Assembly (NCBI GenBank): GCA_963804525.1
Contig: CAWDQO010000005.1
Span: 543,261-607,260, forward strand
Reading direction: 5' to 3'
Origin: an uncultured Thermoplasmata archaeon
Lineage (GTDB): Archaea; Thermoplasmatota; Thermoplasmata; Lutacidiplasmatales; UBA184
Length of the DNA stretch: 64,000 nucleotides
The stretch's first letter is position 1; each line of letters opens with the position of its first letter. Under the pieces are notes generated by a model. The model searched no databases. It was not told where the DNA came from and saw only the letters and a list, made by a program, of their open reading frames with translations. The position numbers were made by a program, and so were the translations under genes. Shown one piece after another: positions 9,894-19,711 of this stretch.

Positions 9894-11071
9894 ACCTCGG
9901 ACGGGGGGTCTGCCTCGTCGGCGGAGCGACGACGAAGTTCGGCGTCCGGGCCGCGACCTGGGCGGAGCTCGCGCAGGAGGCCGGCGAGGCACTGTTCCGG
10001 GCCGTGCCGACGCTCACGACCGCCGACGTCGACAGCCTCTTCGTCGGCGCCGCCGAACCCGAGCGGTTCGCCTTCCAATCGCACGTGGCCCCGTTCGCCG
10101 CCGAGCAGATGGGGCTCGCGCCCCGGCGCGTCGTCCAGCGGACCGAGCTCGCCTGCGCCTCGGGCCAGTCGGCGATCCGCTCGGCGTACGCGGCGATCGC
10201 CTCCGGGCTCTCCGACGTCGCCGTCGCGGTCGGCGTCGAGAAGATGAACCTCCCGTCGATGGCGGAGGCGAACGCCTCGATGGCGTGCGTGATGGACCGG
10301 GCGTGGGACGGGGCGCACGGCGCGACCGCCCCGCCGTTCTTCGCGATGGTCGCCCAGCGGCACATGCTCGAGTACGGGACCACCGAGGAGGCGCTCGCGG
10401 CGGTCTCGGAGAAGAACCACAGGTTCGCCAACGCGAACCCGAACGCCCAGTTCGCGGAGAAGACGTTCGACCGCGCGAAGCTCGGACGGCTCCCCCTCGT
10501 CGCGCCTCCGCTCCGGCTCGGCGACTGCTCGTCGATGACCGACGGCGGTGCCGCGGTCGTCCTGGTCGCCGAAGAGCTCGCCAAGAAGTACACGGACCAT
10601 CCGGTCCACGTCCGCGGGACCGGGCAGTATGCCGACTTCCACAACCTCGCGAACGCCGGGTCGCTGACCGACTGGGTCGGCCTGCGCCACGCGGCGCACG
10701 AGGCGTTCCGGTCCGCCGGGATCGGACCCAAGGACCTCGATTTCGCGGAGGTCCACGACTGCTTCACGATCTCCGAGATCGTCGAGTACGAGGCGCTCGG
10801 GCTCTGCCCGCCGGGCGAGGGGGGCCAGTTCGTCCTCGACGGACGGTCGTCGATCGGCGGCGACCTCGCGGTCAACACCCGGGGCGGGCTCCTCGGCTGC
10901 GGCCACCCGCTGGGCGCGACCGGGATCGCCCAGGCGGTCGAGGTCGCCGACCAGTTCGCCCACCGCGTCCCGGCCGCCCGTCAGGTGCCGGACCCGGAAT
11001 GGGCCCTCGTCCACAACCTGAGCGGGAGCGCGAACGTCCACTCGGTCATGATCTACCAGGGGGCCTCGTAG
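9890..11071 (+). CDS. Archaeal-type thiolase (acetyl-CoA acyltransferase)
   Basis: ELACASG, GVEKM, EVHDCFT, GHPLGATG, HNLSG; ATGA overlap with leuB. Confidence 0.92.
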   Translation: MNLGRGVCLVGGATTKFGVRAATWAELAQEAGEALFRAVPTLTTADVDSLFVGAAEPERFAFQSHVAPFAAEQMGLAPRRVVQRTELACASGQSAIRSAYAAIASGLSDVAVAVGVEKMNLPSMAEANASMACVMDRAWDGAHGATAPPFFAMVAQRHMLEYGTTEEALAAVSEKNHRFANANPNAQFAEKTFDRAKLGRLPLVAPPLRLGDCSSMTDGGAAVVLVAEELAKKYTDHPVHVRGTGQYADFHNLANAGSLTDWVGLRHAAHEAFRSAGIGPKDLDFAEVHDCFTISEIVEYEALGLCPPGEGGQFVLDGRSSIGGDLAVNTRGGLLGCGHPLGATGIAQAVEVADQFAHRVPAARQVPDPEWALVHNLSGSANVHSVMIYQGAS

Positions 11072-11602
11072 GTGGGCGCCGAGCTCGCCCGCGAGCGACG
11101 GAAGCCTTCGCAGGACGCCGCCACCGAACCGGGGGTCGCTCTCGCGCCCGAGTCCCCGCCGAAGAAGCCGGCGGCGCCTCCCCCGTTCCTCCTCGATTTC
11201 TTTCCCCTCGAAGGAGCCACCCAGACGCGGCTCTCCCCGTTCTTCGACCACCTGCAGTCCGGTCGCCTGACGACGACGAAGTGCCGTCGCGACGGCCAGC
11301 TGAGCTGGCCGCCGCGGGTCGTCTGCCCGAAGTGCCACACCTCCGACCTCGACTGGGTCGACCTCCCGAGGGACGGCCGCGTATACGCGTTCAGCGCCGT
11401 CCTCGTCGGCGCGCCGCTCGGCATGGAGGCCGAGGTTCCGTTCGTCGTCGGACTCGTCGAGCTCGAGGGGGTCCCATTCCGACTCTTCGGTCGGATCGTC
11501 GGGACCTCGTGGGAAGCGTGCCGCGTGGGACAATCGGTCCGGGCCGAACCGTACGACCTTGGCGACGGCCGGGTCTTCTACCGGTTCCGGGTCGTCGGGT
11601 AG
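11072..11602 (+). CDS. DUF35 family Zn-ribbon/OB-fold protein (thiolase partner)
   Basis: PFFDHL..GRL...C..D...WPPRVVCPKC, GRVYAFS, PFVVGLVEL; starts directly after the thiolase stop. Confidence 0.88.
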   Translation: MGAELARERRKPSQDAATEPGVALAPESPPKKPAAPPPFLLDFFPLEGATQTRLSPFFDHLQSGRLTTTKCRRDGQLSWPPRVVCPKCHTSDLDWVDLPRDGRVYAFSAVLVGAPLGMEAEVPFVVGLVELEGVPFRLFGRIVGTSWEACRVGQSVRAEPYDLGDGRVFYRFRVVG

Positions 11603-11711
11603 CGCCGTTCGCTCATCGACCCCGGGAGCGCCGGAACCGGCGCCGCTCCGCCGACAAATCGACCCGCACGACCTTCCGGAGTGGTCCGGGACCTTCGGGG
11701 TCCGGTGGCTA

Positions 11712-11717
11712 TTTATA
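11712..11717 (+). promoter_or_regulatory. Putative TATA box (TTTATA) of aglB
   Basis: ATTTATAC about 48 nt upstream of ATG 11765. Confidence 0.55.
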
Positions 11718-11764
11718 CGGGGCCTAGGTCTCGCGCCGCGCCGTTATCGGAGAGTCGGCGACCG

Positions 11765-14700
11765 ATGGGATTGCCCGAAACCAGCTGGTGGCGCCGCCAT
11801 GGGTGGACCGTCATCATCCTCCTGGGGGCGTTCTCGATCTCCTTCCTGGTTCGCACGCTCTACGTGATCCCGCTGCTCCAGCAGTATGGCCCGATGAACC
11901 TCTTCGCGGGGGGTTCGGACTCGTTCTACCACTACCGCGTCACCGACTACATCATCCTCAACCACCAGAACCTCGGCCTCGACCTCTCGCTCCACTACCC
12001 GTTCGGGGCCGTCAACCCGCGGGAGCCGCTGTTCGACTGGATGAACGCGATCCTCGGGATCCTGTTCGCCCCGGTGTTCGGCGGGGGCGTCAACGGGGCC
12101 CAGATGGCGGGCGCGTGGTTCCTCGACTTCCAGGCCCCGTTCTGGGCCGCGCTCGGCGTCTTCCCGGTCTACCTGATCGGGAAGGAGGTGAGCTCGCGGA
12201 GGATGGGCCTCGTTGCGGCGCTCCTCTATCCGATCGTCGTGGCGAGCATCGACTCCTCGACGTTCGGGTACGCGAACTATCTCTCGTTCTACACGTTCTT
12301 CATCCTCATCGCCCTCTACGCTTACCTACGGACGGTCAAGGCCGCCGGGAGTCGGCGGTGGGTCGAGGACTACCGCCACCCCCGGCAGTTCTGGCCGGCC
12401 CTCAAATCGTACTATCGTCACGAACGTTCGGCCGTGAAATGGGCGGTGTTCACCGGCGTCGCCTTCGGCACCGTGATGTTGGCCTGGCAGGGGTACTCGT
12501 TCCTCGTCGCCGCAATCGTCGTGTTCCTCGCGATCCAGATGATCATCGAGCGGATCCGGCGCGTCGATTCGTTTGGCCTCTACACGCTGACCTGGCTGGT
12601 CGGGCTGATCGGGTTCCCGATGGCGGTCCCGTACTACTACTTCCAAGGGCTCGGGCGGGTCTGGTTCGACCAGCCGGCGCTCGTCTTCTTCGGGGCCCTC
12701 CTCGTCCTCCTGCCGTTCTTCCTCCTCCGCGACACCCCGTGGGTCGTGTCGGTCCCCGCCCTCATCGGCACCGCCGCGATCGCGATCGGCGCGCTGTTCC
12801 TCCTCGACCCGTCCGATTTCACGGCGATCGTGACGGGGCAGGGGTACTTCGTCAAGACACTCGTGTACTCGACGGTCGCCGAGGCGCAGGCGCCGTCGGT
12901 CGACTCGCTCATCCTTGGCTACGGCGTGGTGACGTTCTTCCTCGCGTTCGTGGGCCTCGCCCTGTACGCTTGGCGTACGGTCCGGGACCGGTTCCGCCGG
13001 GTCCAGGTGATGTTCATCGTCTTCGCGATCCTCTCGATCTACCTCCCGCTCTCGGCCGCCAAGTTCTTCTTCATCGGTTCGGCCGGGTTCGCGCTCCTCC
13101 CCGCCGAGGCGATCGTCCGGGCGCTCGATGTCGGCGGGTTCCCGGCCCTTCGGCGAAACATCACGTCGTTGTCCGACCGGCGGAGCCAGCTCAACGCGTT
13201 CCGGCGGTCGATCAAGGGCCGCCACATCCTCGTGATGGCCCTCGTCGTCGTGATCATGGTCCCGAACGTCTGGTACTCGATCGACGCCGGGATCCCCTAC
13301 AACGACAAGGGGACGTACTCGACCCAGATCTACAACACCCTCCCGCCTCCGCTCCGCGTCGCCCCGGCCAACGCGTCGTCGTTCTACCTCGGCGCGGCCG
13401 GCACGGAGCTTGACACCCCGAACCAGTACAACGAGGCCGGCTACAATTGGCTCGCCACGCAGGATACGCAGCTCGCCGAACCGCAACGTCCGGCGTTCAT
13501 CAGCTGGTGGGATTACGGGTTCCAGGCGGTCGCGGAGGGGGACCATCCCACCGTCGCCGACAATTTCCAGAACGGGATCGACCCCGCGGGGAATTTCCTC
13601 CTCGCGCAGAACGAGTCGAACGCGATCGCCGTGCTCGCCACGACCCTCCTGTCCGCCGAGCAGGCGCGGAGCCACGACCCGTACCTCCCGAGCACCCTCA
13701 ACGGGATCCTCGCCCGGGACGGCGTCAACGTCGCGACGGTCCACAACCTGATGGTGAACACCTCGGCCGACATCCCGATGGTCATCGCTCATCCCGAGCG
13801 GTACCTCCCCGTCGACCCGAACAACCTCGACAGCCAGAACGCGATGTACGACACGATGTCGTACTACCTCGCGACCGCGCTCTCCACCAACGGGGTCGCC
13901 CAGGTGTACAACGACATCCAGGCGTACACGGGCTGGTCGATCCGGTACACCATGGTCGATTCGCGGCTCTTCCCCTTCAGCGGCTCGAACACCGGGATCT
14001 TCTACGCCCCGGCCGACCTCACCGACCGGGTGATCGGGGCGGGGGGCGCGCCGACCGCCTACTACACCCTCTCCGTCCTCGGCTCCGACGGCAACACCTA
14101 CTCCCCCTCCGACGTCCCGGCGGGGGTCACCGCGGTCCAGTACAACATCGACTACCTCCCGGCGTTCTACTCCTCCATGATCTACCGGATCTACGTCGGG
14201 TACAACGGGAGCGACATCGGCGCGTCCAGCCAGGGGATCCCGGGACTGACGAACAACGCCGTCGGGGCCGACCCGGTGGAGCCGGGTTGGATGCTCTCCC
14301 ACTTCCAGGTCGTGTACCGCACGGCGTACGAGTGCCCCCAGGCGAACGCGACGGACGGCTCGAGCTGCTTCTCCGCGTACAACCTGCCCCAGGCGGAGGC
14401 GCTCGCCAAGGCCCAGAACGGCACGGCCGACACCTCGACGAGCTCGTACTTCGGCGGCGGCGAGTCGATGCTCGAGTACTATCCGGGCCAGACGATGACC
14501 GGGACCGTTCAGCTCCCGGACGGCACGCCGGTCTCCGGGGCCCGCGTGACGGTCTACGACAGCTGGGGGATCCCCCACATGACGACCGTGACGGGGTCGA
14601 ACGGCACCTACTCGGTCATCCTCCCGCCGGGCGCCGACCGCGTGAACGTCACGACGGGCGCGCTCGACGGTCTCACCCAGGCGGGCGCGACGACCCTCGC

Positions 14701-17700
14701 GGCCCTCAACGTCACGGTCCCGAACGCGACGGGACTCTCCCTCGACGCCCCCACGATGGTGAGCCCGATCGTGATCCACCCCGCGACGGTGAGCGGGTTC
14801 GTCTACTGGAACACCGCCAACAACTCGACGTTCGTGCGGGCTACCGACCCGGTCCTCTCGGGGGCCGTCGCGACCCTGTATGGCCCGGGGCTCGTCAACC
14901 GGAGCGCGACCACCGACGCGAGCGGAGCGTTCCAGATGCTCGACGTTCCCCCGGGCGTCTACAACTTCACGGTCACCTACCGCGGGGGGTCGTTCAGCGA
15001 GCCGAACGTCTACGCGCTCCCGGGAAAGACGGCGAATGAGACGGTCGGCCTCACCCCGGGGACGCTCAACGGCCACGCGGACTTCTCGAACGGGTTCGGC
15101 GTCGCGAACGCGGCGGTGACCGTCTCGACCGCCGCCGGGCTCTTCACCACCGCCACCGCCGATACCGACGGAAACTTCACCGTCCGGAACCTGCCGCCCG
15201 GCAACTACTCGGTGTCGGTCATGGCCCCGGGAGTCTCGCTCGGCTCCCTCGGGAACGCGATCTCGATCCCGCAGGCCGGTTCGTCGGCCCAACTGAACGT
15301 CACGCTCGTTCCGCTCGTCGCCGTCGACCAGCAGGTCCTCCTGAACGGCAACCCGGTCGCCGGCATCCCGGTCCGGTTCACCGAATTGACGGTTCCCTCG
15401 GCTACCGCCCCCGTGCCGACGAACGCTTCGTCGGCCGCGCCGCCCGGGGCGACCGCCGCCAAGGCGAACAGTTCGGTGTTCCTGACCGGCCCGGATGGTC
15501 TCGTCCGCGCCACCCTCCCCCTCGGGAACTACTCGGTCTACGCCTTCGGGCTCAACGGGACGTCCTGGTACGCGGGATTCTCGACCGCCTACCTGAACGC
15601 CTCCGGCGGGAACTCCCTCCCGCCCGTCGACCTCTCCACCGCCGTCGAACTCTCCGGCTCGGTGAGCGGGTCGCCGTCGACGAGCGCCGGGCCGGCGAGC
15701 ACGGAGGTGACGGTGTTCGACAGCGCCGGGCACCAGGTCTCCACGTTCGCGAACATCACCCAGTCGTACGCGATCTGGCTCCCCGCGGGGCGGTACACGG
15801 TCCTCGCGACGGCGAGCGTGCCGAACTCGACCGCGCCTCCCGTCGTGTTCCTCTCGGCGGTCTCGGTCCCGTACTCGACGACGCTGCCGATCTCCCTCGG
15901 ACCCGGGGAGCTCGTCCGCGGCGTCGTCGCGAGCCCCTCGAGCGTCGGGAGCGCCCCGTACCCGGCCGCGGGCGCGCTCGTGACGGTCACCGAGCTTCCC
16001 ATCAACGCCACGGTCTCGGCCGTGGCCGACGGGAACGGCAACATCACCCTCGCGCTCCCGGCGATCGTCCCGTCCGGCACCTCGTTCTGCGTCGCCGCGA
16101 CCGCGACCGGGTTCCGACCGTATCGGGCGTGCGACTTCACGGCGAGCGAGCTCGCTTCGCTCGGGGAGATTCCCCTCGGGCTCTCCCCGGTCCCGCTGAA
16201 CTTCACCGTCGTCGGCCTGCCGGGCGGAACGAAGGTCACGGTCAACTTCACCGCCCTCACGAGCCCGGCGGAGTCGACCGTGAAGGTCGGTGGCCCGACG
16301 TTCGCGTTCTCGATCGTTCCCGGCAGCTACCGGATCACCGCGTGGGCGAAGTCCCCGAACGGGACCGGTCTCCTGCTCCCCCCGAATTCGCTCAACCTGA
16401 CGATCCCCCTCGGGACGAGGGGGACGAACGTCACGCTCACGATTCTCTCCCAGGTCCGTGCGGTCGGGCATCTCGTCCTGCCCACGGACGTCACCAATAG
16501 CTCGGTCGTCCTCCGGCTGAGCTCGCCGAAGATGAACGTGACCGTCAACGGTGCGACGTTCGAGTCGGGGTTCTTCCTCGCGCCGGGGACGTACGCCGTC
16601 TACGCGACCGCTCCGAACAGCGGCAACGGGACGGTGGCCACGATGACGAGCGTGGTCGTGAACGCGACGGGCCACCTGTCGAAGGCGATCTCGCTCACGA
16701 CGCTCGGTGTCCCCGTCGTCGGCTCGCTCGTGACCGGGACCGGAGCCCCGCTCAACGCGACGGTCGTCCTCAACCTCTCGGGTCCGTCCGGGGTCGCGAC
16801 GCAGGTCACGGCGACCGGCGGCCATTTCGTCCTCACGCTCCCTCCGAACGCGACCTACCCGGTCCGGGCGAACGCCACCGTCCTCCTGCCGGAATCGGGC
16901 GGGACCGCGTACGTCGCACTCTCGGTTGCCCCGACGTTCGTCGGATGCGTCGTCGGAGACGGCGCGAACGCGACCTGCACCGTGCCGTTCGTCACGACGA
17001 CGATCCCGACGCCGGTCGACGGCACGCTGAAGGCCGCGGGGTTCTCCTCCTCCCTCCCCGGCACCGTGGAGTTCATCGGCCCGTACCCGTCGGCGAACGC
17101 CACGTTCGTCAACGCGAGCGCCGGCGCGTTCGCCACGACGCTCCTCCCGGGGAACTATTCGATCTACGCGACCGGGGGCGCCGGAGTTCCGTACGCCAAC
17201 GTTTCCTCCCTCATCGTGACCACGACCGCCGCGCCGTCGCTGACGATCCACCTCCTCCCGACGTGGACCGACGTCGTCACGATCGTCCCCCCGTCGGGTT
17301 CGCTCGCCCAATTCGCCACCCTCTCCATCACCGCCCCGGGGGGAACGGTCGTGCAATTCTCCGGTGAGCCGGCCGGGACGCCCATCCCGGTGGAGCTCCC
17401 CGCGGGATTGTACACGGTCGCGAGCTCAACGACGGGAGTGCCGTACGGGGTCGTGGTCAACGCGACCGCTTCGGTCTCGGTCCCGCTGCTCGACGGAAAT
17501 GCGGCCACGTCGCTCGCGCTCGCCTACGAATTCACCTCGACCGTCGCGTTCACGACCGTCGCCCCCACCACCGTCACCGTTCCCGCCGGTTCGACCGTCA
17601 CGTTCGCGTTCACGATCCGGAACACCGGAAACCAGCCGGAGAACCTGACGTTCCTCGGCAGCCCCGCGTTCTGGAACTTCACCTTCCTCCCGGCGTCGGT

Positions 17701-18394
17701 CCACCTCGGCGTCCTCGGTCGGAACAGCTCGGTCGGCGGCGAGGTCCGGATCATCGTGCCCGCGGGAACCGACACCCTCCAACCCTCGGTCCAGCTGGAG
17801 GCCGTGAACGCCGTCACGCAGGCCCCGGTCGGCTTCGCTCAGCCGGTGCCGACGATCGACATCACCCCGGTCTTGGGCCTCACGCTCGGGGCCGCGACCT
17901 CGGTCGGGGCGGCGGTCGGCCCGTACGAGGCGACGATCCCGTTCTACGTCCAGAATACCGGCAACCTCGTCGAGGGGACGACGCTCACCGTCGTCGACTC
18001 GGCCGCCCTCGCCGCCATCGGCTGGACGGCGGTCATCAACAAGGGGCCGACCCTGGCCCCGGAGCCGAACGAGCTCGCCCCCGGTTCCAACTCGACGTTC
18101 GCGGTCCGGTTGACGTCCCCGCTTCACCAGGCGCTCCCGCCCGGGTCCGTGACGGTCTCGGCGACGGTGAGCAACCTCTCCGGGGGACTCTCGCGCTCGC
18201 TCACCCTCTCCGTGCCGAAGCTCACGGTCGCCCTCAACAATTCGACCGCGCTCGTGACCGGACCGAACCTCGGTTCCCCGAGCCCGTACCCCAGCTGGCT
18301 CGTACCGGTCCTCGTGTTCGTTCCGGCGGCCGCCTTCCTGATCGTCGCGGGCGTCTACCGGTGGATGCGGACCCGCAGGTGGACCCGGCGATGA
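11765..18394 (+). CDS. aglB: Oligosaccharyltransferase AglB/STT3 with a very long C-terminal beta-sandwich extension and terminal TM anchor (about 2209 aa)
   Basis: Multi-TM N-terminus with GSDSFYH, TVAE, SWWDYG and DNFQNG, then about 1300 aa of carboxypeptidase-regulatory-like/Ig-like repeats and a C-terminal TM + RWMRTRRWTRR. Confidence 0.92.
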   Translation: MGLPETSWWRRHGWTVIILLGAFSISFLVRTLYVIPLLQQYGPMNLFAGGSDSFYHYRVTDYIILNHQNLGLDLSLHYPFGAVNPREPLFDWMNAILGILFAPVFGGGVNGAQMAGAWFLDFQAPFWAALGVFPVYLIGKEVSSRRMGLVAALLYPIVVASIDSSTFGYANYLSFYTFFILIALYAYLRTVKAAGSRRWVEDYRHPRQFWPALKSYYRHERSAVKWAVFTGVAFGTVMLAWQGYSFLVAAIVVFLAIQMIIERIRRVDSFGLYTLTWLVGLIGFPMAVPYYYFQGLGRVWFDQPALVFFGALLVLLPFFLLRDTPWVVSVPALIGTAAIAIGALFLLDPSDFTAIVTGQGYFVKTLVYSTVAEAQAPSVDSLILGYGVVTFFLAFVGLALYAWRTVRDRFRRVQVMFIVFAILSIYLPLSAAKFFFIGSAGFALLPAEAIVRALDVGGFPALRRNITSLSDRRSQLNAFRRSIKGRHILVMALVVVIMVPNVWYSIDAGIPYNDKGTYSTQIYNTLPPPLRVAPANASSFYLGAAGTELDTPNQYNEAGYNWLATQDTQLAEPQRPAFISWWDYGFQAVAEGDHPTVADNFQNGIDPAGNFLLAQNESNAIAVLATTLLSAEQARSHDPYLPSTLNGILARDGVNVATVHNLMVNTSADIPMVIAHPERYLPVDPNNLDSQNAMYDTMSYYLATALSTNGVAQVYNDIQAYTGWSIRYTMVDSRLFPFSGSNTGIFYAPADLTDRVIGAGGAPTAYYTLSVLGSDGNTYSPSDVPAGVTAVQYNIDYLPAFYSSMIYRIYVGYNGSDIGASSQGIPGLTNNAVGADPVEPGWMLSHFQVVYRTAYECPQANATDGSSCFSAYNLPQAEALAKAQNGTADTSTSSYFGGGESMLEYYPGQTMTGTVQLPDGTPVSGARVTVYDSWGIPHMTTVTGSNGTYSVILPPGADRVNVTTGALDGLTQAGATTLAALNVTVPNATGLSLDAPTMVSPIVIHPATVSGFVYWNTANNSTFVRATDPVLSGAVATLYGPGLVNRSATTDASGAFQMLDVPPGVYNFTVTYRGGSFSEPNVYALPGKTANETVGLTPGTLNGHADFSNGFGVANAAVTVSTAAGLFTTATADTDGNFTVRNLPPGNYSVSVMAPGVSLGSLGNAISIPQAGSSAQLNVTLVPLVAVDQQVLLNGNPVAGIPVRFTELTVPSATAPVPTNASSAAPPGATAAKANSSVFLTGPDGLVRATLPLGNYSVYAFGLNGTSWYAGFSTAYLNASGGNSLPPVDLSTAVELSGSVSGSPSTSAGPASTEVTVFDSAGHQVSTFANITQSYAIWLPAGRYTVLATASVPNSTAPPVVFLSAVSVPYSTTLPISLGPGELVRGVVASPSSVGSAPYPAAGALVTVTELPINATVSAVADGNGNITLALPAIVPSGTSFCVAATATGFRPYRACDFTASELASLGEIPLGLSPVPLNFTVVGLPGGTKVTVNFTALTSPAESTVKVGGPTFAFSIVPGSYRITAWAKSPNGTGLLLPPNSLNLTIPLGTRGTNVTLTILSQVRAVGHLVLPTDVTNSSVVLRLSSPKMNVTVNGATFESGFFLAPGTYAVYATAPNSGNGTVATMTSVVVNATGHLSKAISLTTLGVPVVGSLVTGTGAPLNATVVLNLSGPSGVATQVTATGGHFVLTLPPNATYPVRANATVLLPESGGTAYVALSVAPTFVGCVVGDGANATCTVPFVTTTIPTPVDGTLKAAGFSSSLPGTVEFIGPYPSANATFVNASAGAFATTLLPGNYSIYATGGAGVPYANVSSLIVTTTAAPSLTIHLLPTWTDVVTIVPPSGSLAQFATLSITAPGGTVVQFSGEPAGTPIPVELPAGLYTVASSTTGVPYGVVVNATASVSVPLLDGNAATSLALAYEFTSTVAFTTVAPTTVTVPAGSTVTFAFTIRNTGNQPENLTFLGSPAFWNFTFLPASVHLGVLGRNSSVGGEVRIIVPAGTDTLQPSVQLEAVNAVTQAPVGFAQPVPTIDITPVLGLTLGAATSVGAAVGPYEATIPFYVQNTGNLVEGTTLTVVDSAALAAIGWTAVINKGPTLAPEPNELAPGSNSTFAVRLTSPLHQALPPGSVTVSATVSNLSGGLSRSLTLSVPKLTVALNNSTALVTGPNLGSPSPYPSWLVPVLVFVPAAAFLIVAGVYRWMRTRRWTRR

Positions 18395-19224
18395 GGTCGT
18401 CTCAGGTCCGGAAGGCGATCGCGTTTGCCGCCGTCGTGGGCCTCCTCGCGCTGGCGAGCGTCGTGCCGGGGAACCTCCCGACTGCCCGGGCGACCCCGGC
18501 GTTCGGGGTGCTCTCCGGGACGATCGCTGGCCCGCTCGAGGTCGGGCTGAGCGGGAACGGCACGTACGTGGTCAACGCGACCGGCGGACCCGCGGTCGCG
18601 GCGAACGGGACGCAGGTCGGGATTTACTCGTACAACGCCTCGGTGACCGGAGCGAACGTCTCGACCGTCGTGATCGCTCCGACCGGCGGTTCGATGCCGA
18701 ACGGCACGATCACGCTCACCCTGAAGGCCGGGAACCTGAGCCAGCAGCTGACGATCTACGTCCTCGTCACCTCGTCGCTCAACGGGACCGGCACGCAGAA
18801 CTCGACGACGAACCTCTCGTACACGGTCAACGTCGTGGTCCCGTACCGGTTCACCGCGACGATCGTCGCCGGGAGCGGCGGGACCCTGGCCCCGCTCAAC
18901 CTCACCGTCCTCTTGGACGGCGTGGCGGTCGGCTCGATCCCCGTCGGCACCCTCGCCGCGGGGACCCACTACCCGATCGCGTTCAGCTACGTCGACCCGA
19001 ACATCTCGCCCGGGTGGCACACGTTCTCCGTCTCCCTCGCCCTCGCGCACGGCCTCGTGTCGTTCGCGGGCGGGGCCGAGACGATCAGCGAGTCGTTCTA
19101 CGTCAGCGGGCCTCCGCCGAACGATACGATCTGGTACGTCGGTGGCCTCGGCGCGTTCGTCGGTGTCGTCTTTATATGGACCACCCGAATGGCCGCGAAC
19201 CGCCGCCCCCGGGCGAAGAAGTGA
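18391..19224 (+). CDS. Secreted membrane-anchored beta-rich protein, translationally coupled to aglB
   Basis: Signal peptide, many N-x-S/T sequons, C-terminal TM with basic tail; ATGA overlap with the aglB stop. Confidence 0.8.
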   Translation: MRSSQVRKAIAFAAVVGLLALASVVPGNLPTARATPAFGVLSGTIAGPLEVGLSGNGTYVVNATGGPAVAANGTQVGIYSYNASVTGANVSTVVIAPTGGSMPNGTITLTLKAGNLSQQLTIYVLVTSSLNGTGTQNSTTNLSYTVNVVVPYRFTATIVAGSGGTLAPLNLTVLLDGVAVGSIPVGTLAAGTHYPIAFSYVDPNISPGWHTFSVSLALAHGLVSFAGGAETISESFYVSGPPPNDTIWYVGGLGAFVGVVFIWTTRMAANRRPRAKK

Positions 19225-19246
19225 GCCCGACCGGACGAGTTCCTCG

Positions 19247-19417
19247 ATGACCGCTCCCGACACGCGCTGCACCTCCTCCGGCGTCGCCCTCGGCGGCCGG
19301 GGGACGACGACGTTCCCGTGCCCGGACTGCGGGGTCGCGACGCTCGGCCGGTGCGCCCGGTGCCGCGACCAGTCGGTCCTCTACACCTGTCCGAACTGCG
19401 GATTCCAGGGCCCGTAG
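19247..19417 (+). CDS. Small zinc-finger protein, HVO_2753/DUF1610 family
   Basis: CTSSG...FPCPDCG...RCARCR...YTCPNCGFQGP; usual position just upstream of EF-1beta. Confidence 0.88.
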   Translation: MTAPDTRCTSSGVALGGRGTTTFPCPDCGVATLGRCARCRDQSVLYTCPNCGFQGP

Positions 19418-19425
19418 GAGCGTCC

Positions 19426-19692
19426 GTGGGCCAGGTCGCGGTGCTGTTCCGACTGATGCCGCAGGGGGTCGAGACCGACCTCAAGGCGATGGCCGAGGCG
19501 GTCCGGGCCACGCTGCCGACCGGGGTCCAGGTCCGCGGGATGCAGGTGAAGGACATCGCCTTCGGGCTGAAGTCGCTCCTCGTGAGCGTCGTGATGGCCG
19601 ATTCCGGCGGGGTCCTCGAGGCGACCGAGCAGGCGTTCGCGAAGGTGCCGCACGTCGAATCGGTCGAGGTGATGGAAGAAGGGCTGCTCTGA
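19426..19692 (+). CDS. ef1b: Translation elongation factor 1-beta
   Basis: VAVLFRLMPQGVETDL...IAFGLKSL...VESVEV; GTG start. Confidence 0.92.
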   Translation: MGQVAVLFRLMPQGVETDLKAMAEAVRATLPTGVQVRGMQVKDIAFGLKSLLVSVVMADSGGVLEATEQAFAKVPHVESVEVMEEGLL

Positions 19693-19711
19693 CCGGCCCC
19701 GACCCCCTCCC

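Noticed and set aside
12326..17356. Very long antisense or alternative-frame ORFs (also 5671..8973, 6387..9893, 22173..25460)
   Set aside because: Arg/Gly/Pro-rich shadow ORFs expected at very high GC opposite real genes; no recognisable motifs.
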